Assembly (NCBI GenBank): GCA_002633005.1
Contig: NMRA01000319.1
Coordinates: forward strand, 227,546-291,545
Source: Phoronis australis
Taxonomy: Eukaryota; Animalia; Phoronida
Direction: 5' to 3'
DNA: 64,000 nt
The notes beneath the pieces were generated by a model, which had not been told where the DNA came from, ran no database searches, and saw nothing but the letters and a program-made list of their open reading frames with translations. How positions within the stretch are numbered: position 1 is the first letter of the stretch; each line of letters starts with the position of its first letter. The position numbers and the translations under genes are program-made. Shown here piece by piece: positions 37,401 through 52,287 of this stretch.

Positions 37401-39052
37401 AGAACCCATGTGCATAGAGGTATATGGTATTCATGTACATGTACGCTCTTCAGATTCAGTCCGAAACTTGTGCCAGACATTATACATTACGGCCACCAGT
37501 CACGTGGTCATTTCATTGGCACCTAACAATTACAGAAATTATTTTGTCAAGATAGCCTTTGACTTATATGGTCTATCGTGAAAAGTGTTTCCTGTGTAAC
37601 TTCCCTCTGCAAGGTTCGTCTTGAACCCTGGTGAGGTTATCCTTTATTATCGTCTGTGCTCATTTTATTTTTTTCCGCGGGGTCTGGGCCTTTAAGAACT
37701 AGAATAAGTGATGTAGGCTTTTTAACGATTGTGACGCCGACGATGCATACACCCGGTGATTTGGGATTTCCCTGGTGAAAACGGCTATCGACCGGCACTT
37801 ACAGGTCTACGTGTACTTGTCGTCGAATTCACTGAGAAACCCCACTTTCAATGTATAATTGGAATTCCAGAAAGCGCAAAATATCAACTTGATGAGAAAG
37901 CTTCATCGCCTAACTGTTGACTTTCTTTTTGTCTCCCAATGACATTGTCCATTCATCTCTCGTGATTAGGAACAGACGTCATTCGCGTACGTGTTGTTGT
38001 TTGTCTTATGTCGCTATTCTCAACACTTTGTTGTTAATAGTCACATCGTTTGGTTTTGATTTGTACACCGACGCAATCGTCAATCAGAAAAAGGAATGGT
38101 TAGTAAAATTTGCATTGTGTTTATTAACACGTTTGATGCTTAGTCTAACTCTAATTTGGGGAAGTGACGGCTAATTTTGAGGAATATGGGTTCTTTGACG
38201 TCTTCACTTTCATCTAACAGAAATTTGAAGACTGCACTTCTAGACCAGTAGGCTTACTATCACTAAAACTGAAGGTGAGGCAAACGGTAGTACGCTTCCA
38301 GCGAACCGTCGAGACGCCTCATGAGAAGTTGCAACGCCCTTTCACGAAATTCATTATTTTTAGGAAGGAAAAATGTAAACAATTCATTTATTCTGTACAT
38401 AAGCATTCCTTAAGCACATGGTTTCCCCGATAAAAGTTCTAGTAAAATTGCTGCCAAAATAAATCGTGTCTCCGCACGATTGTGTTTCGTGTTTTCCTTA
38501 CAAATGACATTGACGTCACAAGCCATGACATCAAGTAGCACTAATTCAGAGTGATGGATGTCCAAGTCTTTGTCTCTTCGTTACGTGCGGTAATTTCGCA
38601 GTAAAATTAACCCAAACTAGATGTTAGAATTAAGCTGTCAGTCAATTCTGAGCTTATCTTGGCTTAACATAAAGTGAAGCGTCCGATTTGGTTAACACGT
38701 GTTTGCCAAATGCGGCTTACATTGCCAGTGGTGACTTCAGTCGATTGGCCTCATTCGCAAAATGCGACCTGAAATTCCAAGGTTTTCTGCCTCTTTATAT
38801 GTTTTTCAACTAACATATTGGCTATTTGTTAAGCCTAGGCACATTTAAGCACCTGATTTTATCTGTTGACACCATCCTAGTAACGGCGATATTCAATAAT
38901 CATTCGTTATTACTGGCCAATTATAGGGACAATTATCATTCAGGACGTCAAAGGAAAACTGAATGAGATGCCCTTATTTGGAATATAGTAACAATCTTTG
39001 AATACTGGTTGGGCAAAGGTAACGGCCTAAATGCTCGGAGATCAGACCAGAG

Positions 39053-39132
39053 TCGTCGCCGTCGCCGCCGTCGCCGCCGTCGCCGCCGTCGCCGCCGCCG
39101 CCGTTGTTGTCGTCGTCGTCCTCCTCCTCCTC
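39053..39132. repeat. Compound GC-rich trinucleotide repeat (GTC/GCC/GTT/CTC)
   Basis: Directly visible; source of spurious poly-Arg and poly-Ala ORFs. Confidence 0.93.
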
Positions 39133-40129
39133 GATTTTGTTTTTGTCGCTTGCGGTCCCCATTGTCTTCATTTATTAACTTTTGTCTGTACATTTATCAT
39201 TATCCGAGTAAATTCCAAGATGGCGTGTCAATAAACTCCGGCATTTATCCTATCTATATTCTGCTATTTAGAATAAATCCTTTAGCTAATTAAAGCTATC
39301 GATAAAGGAGATAAGGCCAATTGTCAGCAGACATAAGTCATTATTGACTTCAAACCTGTTTTGCGGCAAACATTCAGTTGCACGTCCATTCCTCTCACTA
39401 CGTGGAATTCAACTTTAATTGACTTGAGATAACCCGCGACTAGGTGCGAGTGGTCAATCACATCTCAAAAAGGCTGACCAGCTTTGTGGTTTTCTGAAGC
39501 GTTTTTAGCTCATAAATGCTCTGGATTTTCTTCATGACCTAGGTAAGAAACAATTCATTCTAATGAAATAGTCTTCGCTGATCATAATGAACGCCAAATT
39601 TGTTCTCAAAATATGGGAACGATATAGCCAACTATTGCCCTTTTGTGCTCACTCAGATGGGTTTAAAAACGATTTATTTCCTTACCTTTATTTCAGCATA
39701 GACAAAAATGACTTTAAGTACCTCACAAGAAACGAGATTCTAACTAGATTTCAAAGGGACTAACAAGCGTGCGCGTTTCTTTTTTTGTTATAAACAATTG
39801 TTTGATTTATAAAGATAATTTCTGGTCTCAATTAAAAAATAGCAGCCGATTTTTCCCAGGACATACATAGGATTCAGTTTTTGAAAAATATTTCTGATTA
39901 ATAAAACGAGTTAACAATGTCACTAAGTCCGTAAATTTTGGACTCTCTTTGACTATGGATACAAAACAGTAGCTACACTTAACATACACCTCACGTACAT
40001 TTGTGGATAGTGTAACCACTTATTTACAAGTCCATGCGTCTAGGCGATCATCTACAAAACTGTAGAATTTAACTAGGTTAAAACGTTATTTTCCGAACGT
40101 ATAAACCCTGTAAAGGATTCGATTTTTTA

Positions 40130-40720
40130 CTTTTTACCAAACTGCCATCGACCGAGTCACGTGATCTTGTCTTTTGGTAAAATTTAGCAGAACAGGAAGA
40201 TACAGTGGTAGCAGAAAAGCAGTTTCGATAACACGATCAGATTTTACTTCAGTTAAATGGTCAAGATAAGATCTCAAAGATGCTCTTACAGTTTTCAAAA
40301 TTATCATTTCGTTCGCTTTACATAACTTTAATGGAAATCATAAAAGCTTTATTTCATACAGTTCCTCGTGCAAAAGTGGTACACTGATAACAATCCCTAC
40401 CAGCGTTTTGGAAAATAGTGAATAAAGTACAATACCTAAAATATATGAATAGAATCAGCCATTTCTGAGATATGGTGTTCCGAAGTTTTCCGATATGCAA
40501 AATTCGTTGAATACACGGCACTTGTCGTTGTTAACAAACTTTGTTCCGTTCCGTTCGTATCCTCGGAGCAAATTTCGACACTCAGCAGTACATTGGTAAA
40601 GCAATTGACCAAGAGACACGATTAAAAGACACACGATATTTCGAAGTTTACGAACGAAACGGAATAAAGATTGCTATGAAATAGAAGTGTCATTTATTCA
40701 ACTAATTTTGCATATCGGAA
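40130..40720. mobile_element. Dispersed repeat C, copy 2, continuing into an inverted-repeat block (about 40488-40720)
   Basis: Similarity to 28910-29310; TTCCGATATGCAAAATT / AATTTTGCATATCGGAA and TTCCGTTCCGTTCGTA / TACGAACGAAACGGAA inverted pairs. Confidence 0.65.
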
Positions 40721-41374
40721 ATGTGCTCCCGAAGTACATCCTTTTCCAAAGTTGGATATTTTTAGAGTCCTACATAACCTTACAAGATTACATCCCTCTT
40801 AATTTCTAAAAAAATATAGAAATGGGGGTCCTTGTGTTTTAAACCGTAAGTCATCGTGTAGCATTTCAAAGGCTTCGATCAATGAACGTGGGTACGTCAG
40901 TGGAACTCTCGGCGACAATCAAACTGTTTTTTGCTGAGGGAATAAAATTAAAACATCATACACAGTCTCCTGACTGTGGCGACCATAATTTAGTTTAAAA
41001 TAAACGAAATCCTTTTATTACATGATCATAAATTTTACTGCTGCTTGGTTGTAAAGCCGAACATAAAAGAATGTATGAGAATGTTGAGTATATCATATAC
41101 GGTTGTTCGTATTGCGGCGCACATTAGCTCCAATTATAAAGGTTAATAAGAGTCGTAAAGAAGCTATCGGCGAAATGTTTATTTAATTGGTTTGAGAATT
41201 TAAAAGATGTCCGGAATAGCTATTTAATGACCTGTAAAATGGCGTCTCAACAGGGCAATAGGCAACGATGTTCAGTTGTACTTGTCTTCGAAATTACATT
41301 GAACCGGTTACAGCCAATATAGAGAATGTAACAGAATTTCTTTGTGGCCTCAAAAAGTGAAAACGAATACAGAT

Positions 41375-41601
41375 CTGGGGCCCGTTCTAAGAAACTGACC
41401 TTAGTTCGTTTTTAATTAAGTCAAAGCTTTGTCTCAACTTCCAAACTTTGAAATTTACACATCCAGAAAGTTGGTCAAAAACAAATCAAACCAAAGATCT
41501 TTTTCGCGAAACAGATTTGAAGTAAATTAAGTTTTACCTTAAAATCGACGGAAATTTAAGATTTGTCTTAGCTAAGTCAGTTTTCTTGGAACGGGCCGCT
41601 G
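41375..41601 (+). mobile_element. MITE with GGGCCCGTTC-type ends (family D, copy 1)
   Basis: TIRs GGCCCGTTCTAAGAAACTGAC / GTCAGTTTTCTTGGAACGGGCC; reverse copy at 53385-53568. Confidence 0.8.
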
Positions 41602-42718
41602 AGTAGTAGATGCCAATATGACAGACTTATGGCATTAAATATTTTTTTAATTTGATACTACAATCTATTGTAGATTTTGACGATGAGTGCAACCGTTGTC
41701 AGGGCACACCGATGAATCCAAACGCATAATTTTGTAAAAATGTCGTGTACTAAATTTCCTGATTAGGAAAAATCTGAGTCCTGCAAAATTTTTAAAAATG
41801 CGATGTGACTGCATTCTGTTCCTATTTTTTGTCCAAATCGCTTCATAATAGAAGCAGGTGCGTCATCAGTAAACATTCGAATAGATATGATTATACAGAA
41901 AATGTAACTAATTGATTTTCTCACATCGGAAAAGCAAAATCTAGAAAGGCGCTATTTTCATTGGTTTTTGCGTTATCTTTTCCCCAGTCACAGAGTGTGC
42001 ACGTATACGAAAGTGTTTGACCCAGTATTAGTAAGTGTGTGATGTGAAACAGGTCAGATTTGCCCTATTGTGACCATTACATGAAAATTTCATTTCATTT
42101 GCAAAAAATGTTGTAAAATTTTTCTAATATGCAGCCTCTGGCGCAAGTCATCCATCACATCACTTGCACCATGACTAAGTCAATATAAGGTGAAGAGCTA
42201 TCGATGTCAAATTTTTTTTAAATCCGTTAACAATTCTTTAACACGGCGAACATTATTCTGTATTAAGTCACATTTCATCTAAACAGCGATTCAGACCATT
42301 AGCTTAAGGCAAGAAGGCGTAATTTTTTTCTGTTTTGACAATCATGTGACGAATGAGTAGATAAAAGGTCATGGCATGTAAAATATATTTTAGTATGTTA
42401 AGCTATGATGTAAGCAGGTCACAGTATGTCTAATTAAATTGCCCAAGGACTGCGCGTGCTGTCAGGTTTTGCACGCGCCTAATTAGGTAGATGTTAGGCT
42501 TTCCACTTTCAAATTTGTTCGAAAAGCATGAAACAAATTTTATGCAAACCGAGTTAAAATGCATTCTAAATTATAGATCTTCCTTCATCTTGACATGATT
42601 TATCAAAAGAAGCAGAGTTCAATACAGAATTTTTAGGTTTAAATTTCTTATTTCGCACAAACAAAATGGCCGCCACCGTTGGATGACTCTGAACCTCACT
42701 TTTTGAAGATACTCTTTC

Positions 42719-42880
42719 CAGGGTCGGATCCAGGACTTTGAGTTAGGGAGGTGGCCACGGCAGAGTATTAGCCAGGATATTGCCCATCATACATTCGCAC
42801 TCCCGAACTGCCAAATGAAATCTGGGAGAAGTTTAGGGGACATGGCCCCCTTGCCCCCCGCCCCCCTACATCCGCCACTG
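42719..42880. mobile_element. GC-rich 162-bp MITE, CAGGGTCGGAT...ATCCGCCACTG
   Basis: Imperfect 11-bp TIRs; flanked by a 5-bp direct repeat CTTTC. Confidence 0.7.
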
Positions 42881-43583
42881 CTTTCCGCTTCATTTTTGTT
42901 GAAAACTTCCTTAAACCGCTTTTAATAGCGCATGTTCGTTCTGTCGAAACTTAAACCCAAATAATGGTCATTCAACACAATTACAAATACTTTCAAAATT
43001 TTAATTTCACTTAAAAGTGAATTTAATATAATGTTTTTAATTTAATTTTTGTTTTTGGTGGTGAACCGCTATTTAAAATGGCCGCCCTGTGAGTGACTTG
43101 TGACTCGTGCATTATGGGTACTCACTCAGCTGCCGCCATATGTAACGAGGTTTTGCGGAAACCCTGCTCATTTTCAAAAATAAAAAGTATTTGGAAAACA
43201 AAGCGGACACAAACAAGGCTGAAAGTTACGAAATGTTTGTATTTTAGTGACATCTTTTGACTAACGAAACTCATCCTGTATTTTAAACTGGTGAGTGTAA
43301 AGGAACGACTGAACTTTTGAAACTGACAGCACAAAATACTTGGTTAGAAAGTACGAAATGTTTCTTTTTTGTGACAACTCTCGATGACATCCATTCTATG
43401 TTCTAGTGAAGATACAGAAAGCGCTTTTACAAGTTCTTATTAAAAGACCATGCTCCAGCAAACTCATTTTCAGGACATCAAAGCAGACGAAGCGGGTTGG
43501 GATGGGCGAAAGCGGGCAAAGTGTAGGCAAAATATGCGACACCGTTCGCGGAGTTCTACTCATATTACAACACCGTTTACCAA

Positions 43584-43970
43584 CAGGGCCCGGTCTCCAA
43601 TCTTTTTACTCGAAATGGAACTCGAAATTAGGTTTGGCATTTTCTACTCTACTTTTGGGCGAACTCATGATAAGTGTCTATTATTCTATGCTCGAGTACA
43701 CAATAACTTACGTAGATAATTTATTGCCCTTTGTTCACAGTTAGTAAACCCAATATTAAAGCAATAATTTCGAGTTTTTACTCGAGTTTGTAGCACGAAT
43801 ATAAGGGTCTTCATGGGCAAACTTGAATTAGAAACTCCTATGCATAAACTATAATGTATTCGAGCACAGTCTGATAACCAATTATCTTAAGTTCGCACAA
43901 AAGGAGCAGAGAAATTGCCAAAAATAGTTTCGAGTTCGTTTCGAGTACAAAGATAAGAGACCGGGCCCAG
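43584..43970. mobile_element. MITE with ~90-bp imperfect TIRs (family E, copy 1)
   Basis: GGGCCCGGTCTC..ATCTTT.TACTCGAAA.GGAACTCGAAA / TTTCGAGTTCGTTTCGAGTACAAAGATAAGAGACCGGGCCC. Confidence 0.85.
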
Positions 43971-46900
43971 ATGTTTTCCTGTCCGTTAAGTTGTGACCGT
44001 ACAACAAACTACAATGTGACTGAGCTTCATTTTCGACAGAGAAATATAAAATGGAGATATTCCTTCGAGGTGTTTTTATTTGTACAACCAATTCTATCAA
44101 GTTTACAGGAAATGACGTTCGTTGCACTTCGAATTTTGTGATGAACCAGCAGCAATTAAAAATTATGCTCTAATCACTATCTCTGTATAAAAATTGTATA
44201 TTTTTAAATTGACTTCACGTTGAAATACAACGTTTGTGAATTAGATTCGAGCAGCTGGACTGGTTTGCTTTAAAAGTCGTTTCGTGAATTCCTTAACTAT
44301 TAGCGAGCGGAAGGCGTATCTTCAAGAAGTCCAGTATGGTGCTTGTAAGAAAACACGTTTTGAATTTGTAGAAACAAATGGTGGCCTTCACATAAACATA
44401 AATTTTCGAATTATGAAGCGTCATCAGAAAGGGCAATTTCCTACCAGTTCCTGCTGCTGTGATTTAAAAAACTCGTTGAGGACAGCATTTATTTTGAATA
44501 AAGTTCCTTTCTTTTTTGAATAAGTCCGTTAATCCACCGTATCTCAGCCTAGTTTTAAGCACACCGAGGTTCATTGCATATGTTAAGAAAGGATTAATAG
44601 TCAGTTAGCGTGTCGTTTTTGCATGGAGAAAACTGCGGGGAGCAATCACCATTCCAAAGTAATCGTTTAACAGAAAGGTCATCGTTGTTGATAATATGAA
44701 CACGATGAAATCCTACATGCTTAGGTCCCCGGTTTTCTTAGACTGGTCTTTTTTGCAAAATTCTTAGTGAGCTCAGAATATTGTATTCCATCCGGAGACA
44801 TCCACAACACAATCTTTATAATTCTTTTTGCGACATTTCAGGTTATTAGACCAATCGTGTTCCGAAATGAAACACCATGAGTATTTTCTTAAAATCGTTG
44901 ATAATGTTTCGCTCATGGGAATAACAAATTCTCCGCAATGGCATTATTTTCAAGAAGTCGTTGACCTTTTCGCAAAAGGCGCACGCCTGCTTCCAAGTTA
45001 ACACGAACAAATCACAAGACATACGGGTTTCATATCAAGCAAAGCTTTGAATCACGTTCGCCGATCTTGATGTTTCTGCTATTTTTTTGGATTTTTATCA
45101 AAATGGTTCGGTCATTCACATCGATAAACTGCTTGGGTGAAAAGTGACAACCTGTCTAAAAGTCGCTAAGAACTTGTCTAAAAGTCGCTAACAAGTAGTG
45201 GCACAAGATTTTTAACCTGATATTTAATTTCAATTTCAGTTTGAGAACTTACATCTTAATTACCGAATTTATGGTCACCAATCAGTGACATGATTTGAAT
45301 TGATGTTTTATGTTTTAAATAAAATTTCTATTTCCACAAAAGTAAAACTCTACACTCTCTGTACGATTGCAGTAATCTATTTTTATTTTAATCAAAAGAG
45401 TAACAAACAACAGACATCGATAATTGCCGATGAATCTGACCTTCTGATATATCCGATGGTGTTTGATAAGTCGAGGACTGATGAGATCGAGATTTCAAAA
45501 CAAATCTTAAATCGTACTAACGTACAATGCAAACTCCTGTGGGTAATTAATTTCATTTCCACTATCGCCTCTTAGGTGGGTTATTCAAAGGAGCTCAATT
45601 ATTAAGAAAAGAATCCGCAGTTTCTCAAGGGTACGGCCTACGATGGTTGCTGTCGCTGCGCATGAATCATTTGCTAAGGTTTTATTGCGAGAGGAGCTTC
45701 GGAAATTGATTGAAAGAGAACGATGTCTCGTTTGATAGAGTCTTCATGTAGTCATTAAACTTGATCAAAGCAAAGAGGTTCGTGGTATCAGATGAGTAAT
45801 TGGATATTGTGTTTCCTGTCAACCTGTCCATTGCAAAACAAGAACTCTGGTTCACATGTCGTAGAACGCCACCATAGAACTATTTGCGCCTGACTTGTTT
45901 TCAAAAATATGCCACCTTGATGGAATAGGCCTAGATGACCAATACTGACTTATTTTCCACTGATTTCAAACGCCAGCGAAATTATAAGCGAGATGCCCAT
46001 CTCTACAAAAATCACGATAACCCCCCCCCCCCNTTTTTAATGAAAACTTACTGTCATATCTGCCGCTCTTACATGAACAACGCCAACGATTGCGGGGAAA
46101 CAAAACACAAAAGAACTACAGAATCAAACTAGCATTTGTAGCAATTAGAGAAGTCAAATTTCTATTAGTCAAACACGCTTAATGACAATCAGAATGTTTC
46201 TTTATTACTTGTAGCGGCATGGCAGAAACCTATTCTAAGAAACTAGGCTGATAAATTGTCAGTAAAATGCTTGTAAGTTCTTGGAACAGTGGTCAGTGCT
46301 GATTCAAAATCAATAAAACGCATTCCTTTAATGTTGCTCAGTATGTTTTGAAATGTGTTGTTTAATCGCGCGACATTTGATCCGCTGCCCTGGCGCAACA
46401 CGTTTGTACTTTAAGGAACAAATTGGGAAATTTGTACGATAATGGATGAAAGTCGGAAAGTTCCTGGTTATTACCGGGACTTGAATTGTTATTCTATTGA
46501 TCATTTTGTCAAAAAAGCGTGTACGTCTCTCGAGGAGGAACAGTTTTAAAATGCTGCAAGGTAGCGCAAACAAGTTGTCCACAGATAGCACGTGAAGTTG
46601 TCTGCACAATTACTTATCAGTCATGTATCGGCAATGGTTTGAGCCAGAGCAATATAAGTGAAGTAGGCTGCTCACGTTCTCTACCCAAGCGCCCAACATT
46701 CCAAGAATAATTGTTGTGAGATGCACGTGCATCAATTTTCGACTGCATCCGTCCTAAGTGGATTAAGAAGCTTATAAAAGTCGACAATTGAGCTGTTTTA
46801 ATTCTGGTTAGCACTTTCTTCCTGATACGATATACGTTAGTGTCCCTTTAGTAGGCCTAAGTAGTTATCAATCATCGTTCATTTTGTTGTAATAGAACGC

Positions 46901-47124
46901 CGTCTATAGGAGTTTATCTCATCCTTCGAGAGTTCAGGAAAAGTTACAATCAACAGCTCCTCATTGCATACGTTGGTAGTCATTATTATTTGATTGTCTG
47001 GTATTCAAAGATGATTTACCAATTGAGGAAAGCGAGTTTTGCATAAGCACGGTATATGCCGAGTGGTCGAGTTCATGCTTAGATTTTTGAGACTCAGCGA
47101 GGAATTCAAAGGATTTAACTTGTC

Positions 47125-47480
47125 TGAGACTGGAAATGTTATAAGCTTTTCAAAAAACAATTTAGCTTTACGTTTAAAATCAATCAAAATTAAGCATGAA
47201 TGTCAAGTCATTTCTGTAAGAATGGAAAGGAACGCATACCCGAGGAAGCTCGGTATTACTGGAAATGCCAACTCATCTCATACGATTTCGTTCCCAAATG
47301 CTTATACTAGACAAGTGCTGCCACCCTTCGCCTCTTTTTCTCACATACACTTAGTAACTTGAAGAAACCCTTGGCTTGTTTCACGCCAGCACAACAACAC
47401 CACTCCCCCCGTGTCGGCCATTTTCACGACGCCTACTAGCAACGAGACACCTGATGAGGTCACCGCCTCGATTTTAGTTA
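47125..47480 (+). mobile_element. Dispersed repeat B, copy 2
   Basis: Collinear blocks shared with 23040-23570. Confidence 0.7.
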
Positions 47481-48249
47481 GTCACTAAACACAATTATAA
47501 GTATGTAAATCTTGAACTGGTGGTGTGGAGACCGGACTTGAAAATATTTGATCTCCAAAAAAATTTCGATAGCGTCTTTTTGAATTTAAGATAACGGATT
47601 GCAGCGAATTCATTGTGTGGTTCTGGCAAAATCGATAATCGTGTTCTCAAATTCCGCCATTGAGCAGAAACATTTTGTAAAATTCGCTAAATATAATGTA
47701 TATGTTTTCGTGACATCGCTTATTGTTGTCGCGCAGATCAACATGCATTGATAAGTATAAGTTGCGAACTTGCAACATATTTTAACTCCATGAATAACTA
47801 AATAAACTTGAGCTTGTACCACTGCAGCTGCACCATGTTTTACCACTCTGCTTACCGTAGTCTCTACTAGCCCCGGAATCAGACACTGCATTGCGAGACA
47901 ACGGTCAGCGCCCTCTTTCTACAATCTTCGTCAGCTAAATTATCACTCACGATGCTCGAATACAGCACAGGTGTCGCTAGTTCCAGAATGCTACATTAAA
48001 CAATACAAACAGGTGGATTCACTGCATTCTCTTCAGTAAAAGTTCACGTGAGACATGTGGGAACACAACACTCGTCGGGTTGGTCGTGCATAATTAATTA
48101 GGTTGTTTTCGCCATTCCATAAGTAGCATAGTCAGGTATGTAACTATTGTTAGCTCTAGATCTGTGTAATTACCAGTGAATAATGAACACAAATTTTGCA
48201 TTAGCTTATAGTGGTTCATTCCACTGTAGTGAAAAGAGTGATTTTTTGA

Positions 48250-48320
48250 AAGCTGCCCCAGAGCGAAATCCAGCTGGGAACTTTCGCGCTCGTAGCCAAA
48301 CGCTCTACTGACTATCTAAG
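48250..48320 (-). mobile_element. Possible degenerate tRNA-like SINE head (different family)
   Basis: Reverse strand reads TAGTCAGTAGAGCGTTTGGCTACGAGCGCGAAAGTTCCCAGCTGGATTTCG, resembling A-box / anticodon arm / decayed B-box. Confidence 0.3.
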
Positions 48321-49433
48321 TCGTATTCAATGAACGACTAGATGTTTTATCGTTTTGAGTAGTCACCGGCCTTGATTTCGTCGACTGTCTGTCAGACAGC
48401 GGCACGTTTTATTGTTTTATAGCTCTTGTCAAAGCTAACGACTTCCAAAAATAATAATGCCACTTTAAACCGCACAGATCTGAGTGTTAGTTTGCCTTCA
48501 GAATGGGTGTCTTGTATGCTCACCTGGTTTCCGTACGTTTGCGGAAAAGGAGGAACACAATTTTTACAACTCAAACATCTCCTTGCTAGGGTATTGGTTT
48601 TACCTTTGGTCGTGCTAGATATCCATGTACAGCATGTATGTCGGTGATTGTCCATTGGCGTATTTTCACAAACTGCATTGCGCTAAAAATAAACACTCCC
48701 TCTGACCAAGCACTGCATTATTTGTGCTCGTTTGAATTATCTGTTTCTCATCTCTACGGTATTTTAAAGATAACAACTAAATCAACGACATTTTAGACCG
48801 GAAATAGCGTGTCACTTCTTCGTACAATGAAGTTGAGGATTTCATTTCTATCTTTCTTTAGCGACAAGCAACAGTAGCACTTTTGCTGGCACTCAAAACA
48901 CCAGTAATTTGAACGGTCGCAAGTGTCACTTTTGTGGGCGCTTTGCAGGTTTGAGTTACCCCCAAAGCTACTGGCTTTTCGCTAGCTCTTCTTAGGCCAG
49001 GCCGGTTAGATCAGAGAACACAAGTTAACAGGCATGAAAGACATTTATTTTGTCACTGGGATGGCAGAGAAAGAGCGTGATTTGAATTTTTTTTCATTTC
49101 AAAGCGATGCGGGTGGTGAGGAAACAAACTGATTTCTGGTAAAACTGACCCGTTCGCGGACAGCTCATATGGCTTAAACTCCTGCGTTTAGCTATCACTT
49201 TAGCCAGTGAGACTGTGAGGAATTTGACCACCCATATGAACCTAGTATAAGATACTAAAGCGAGATTGTTATGATAAACACGATTTTTGCATTCATTTAT
49301 TAGCGGTTCATTTCAATGTGTTAAATCACATACATTTTGAACAATGCCAACTTCCCGGGTTCCACTTATTTTGAGAATTAAACAAAGATTGGAGAAGTAC
49401 CTTGTGGGTAATAGTCGGATACAAAGTACCTGC

Positions 49434-49517
49434 ATTTTGAGAACCAGTTTTCTCTTCTGAATAACGGGCATCAACTGGTTCTCAAAATATGGGGACGTCA
49501 TATTCGACTATTGCCCG
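49434..49517. repeat. Short hairpin repeat family F (other copies 59768-59858, fragment about 39601-39645)
   Basis: ATTTTGAGAACCAGTT...CTGAATAACGG.CATC.AACTGGTTCTCAAAAT shared between copies. Confidence 0.8.
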
Positions 49518-52287
49518 TTTCTGTGTATTTGAGAAAACGAAAGGTATAACTCTCTATACACGTAGCTGGCTTTATCTTTCCGAGTATTCGTCTTTGTACA
49601 TGTATTTCTGCGAATTGCAAAAATATGTAGCTTTAAATTTTACTTCACATGTCAGCCTAATAATAATAATTACGGTTTGCTGCTGGTCGCTGAATTGAAA
49701 ATCTGGCGTAAATAATTGAAAAATGTGCTCAAAACCGGATTATCTTAATTTTGCCAGTCTTTTAATTGTAACAGTCACGTTTGAGCTTGGGTTAAGAAAT
49801 TCGTTCCATGCCTCACCACGATGGATGTCTCTTCTTGGGTAGCTTAGTTTGTTAAACAAACATACGTGCGCTTTCTGGCATGTTTGTCGGCGGAATGATT
49901 AGATGCAATAATATTATAATTAGACTCATTACGATATGGCTTGGTGTGCCACGCCTTTAAGAAATCCTTGATAATAAATCAACAGTCAGCAATCCTGTCG
50001 TCTAAGATTTCGCAAAGTGCTAATACTTGTCTTAAAACTCTCATAAATCTTGTTCCGTCAAAGAAACTAATTTTGGTTTACACTGCTTTCCACAATAAAG
50101 TCGGTCATGACTTGTTCTGCTCAGGTTAGAACCAGTTTCTGAGTTTGGAAAAATGACAGTTTTGTTGGATTTTAATGCAATTTAAAACTTGTTTGACTCT
50201 GTGCTCGGTGCATGAATTGATCCCCGTGACAAGTCCAAAGGCGAAGAGCCAACTCTTTCAATATCACTCTGAGGAAAAAGAAGAGGCCATTTTCAAAACG
50301 GTAAGTGACGTAAATCAGGTGTTCGGCTTTTGACGGAAACAGCGTCAAGTATTAATTGCCGTTTAGTTTGTTCATTTACCGTTGAACACCGTAACTTTAC
50401 TATTAAAGTGTGGAAATGTCAACTGCCTTAATTTTACTCTCAAATATATAAACTTAAAAGATATCCTATGAGCAGACGATAATGTTCACATAGAATGCCA
50501 TTCGATGATCACTGTTGTCCTCGTCAACTGACTTCATCTAGAACTGTAGGTGGCACTGCATGCACGTACCCAGCCTTTAATATGGGGGGCTTGAATTTCT
50601 AACGATGTAGACCTTTTGCTGACAAAAAAGCGGGACTAAAGAAAAACGGGGTACCACCTTCACTGTGCGTTTGCGCCTTTTTAATAAATTGACTTTTGTC
50701 TCGACTTTTTTCTCTGAGACGGACCTTTTTGCCCACTTCGCCAAATGGGGTGCGCGCATGCACTGAAATGGCGTCTCTTTAATCTGAAAAATCCTTCCTA
50801 ATAACCTGGCATGTGTCCCATGCTGTAAACATGCTCCACAATCAAGGGGAGGGAAGGATTTCATGACCGCGCTTCTAAATTTCAGTTAATTTCTCTCAAG
50901 AAGTGTATCCTCCCCTCCAAAACTAATCCCCAAATGCCCTTTTCGGCCCTACAACCAAAAATGCCCCTTTTAAAATCCTGATAAAGGGGCTTTTGATTAA
51001 GGCTTGTGAAAGTGGATTGTAGGAGGCGGTGCGCAGCCCTGTGCACACAGTTTCGGGAATCACTACCGGAGTATCGGATGTTGCAGATACAAAAGCAACA
51101 AATAATAATGATCCCTGAATATATTTTAAGACAGTTATTAAGAAGCACCAACCCCAATAAAGGTCACTTTACTGCAGTATAAATCGTGATGTGAACGTAG
51201 GACCTTTCAAAGCTTTTCACAAATCGATACATTCAATCTGGAGTTGTAATTAATTAATCATGTCTTGTGTACACGAATCCTCCATAGGTATCTCCTAAGA
51301 TGAACCCGCGTGACAACAGTGGTGGTTGCCACTACAGTCAAGATGAAATAATTAATTTGATCGATGGTCCCTGTTGCAGATGTCGCGTAGAGACATTTGA
51401 ACAATTCACGCTATGCGGTTTCAGTGTTGTTAGAAAGTTTATCATTTTTAATCGTAGACAGCCATCAAACTTATCGCTTGTGTCGTGTGGGATAGCGTCA
51501 AATTTTACTAGTTGTCATTTATAGCAATGTTGTCTAGATACATATAAGGGACACAGGTTCCAATCTCAGAGCACTAAATTATTTTTGACATTTTCGATTC
51601 TACTTAATGCATCAATTATTGTATGCTCCAGTGCATTATAGTTTACGCAGGCGACTTTGCTCATGATTAACCCTTAGTTTGAGCTACAAACTCAAATACA
51701 ATTCGTCAAATTTCGGGTTCAGACCCCAGATAATACTGTAATGCTGGGGTGATCGATGGCAAACTAGGTTTAAGCAGTAATACAGATCGTAATATACATG
51801 TAAGTGACCACATAATAATAGACAATTATCATGAGTTCGTACTGAAATACAACGCGAAATATAATTTCGATTTCAATTATAAAGATTAGACCACGGCACC
51901 GTATCATCAGGGTGCTGTGTGTTTCATAAGGAACAAGTAATGGTGAAAAACTTGCATAAACTAGTGTTCATTATCACGAACAGAACTGCTTAAGAAAAAG
52001 TAAAAACGAAAAGCCAATGATTCACCAAGATCACACACAACATTCGCAACGTGACCAAAATCACGCATGCTCACACTTGGTTAAACAGTACACACCATGT
52101 ATTTTTGCACATTTTGAGTTACCGGTGGCCACAGACTAAATGTATGACGTAAAATTCAGCTAAACCCATTTTTATTTTGTGTAATTAGCTCGAAATTTTG
52201 ATTTTTCTTTCAATTTTGCCAATTTTCACATTTGCCGCCATGTGACGTCATGGGTTGAACACAACAGATCAGTGACCAGCATTGAAC

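Noticed and set aside
38948-39293. Poly-Arg (protamine-like) and poly-Ala/Val ORFs
   Set aside because: Produced by a trinucleotide repeat open in several frames; flanks not protein-like
46021-46033. Poly-C run ending in N
   Set aside because: Single ambiguous base at a homopolymer; sequencing or assembly artefact
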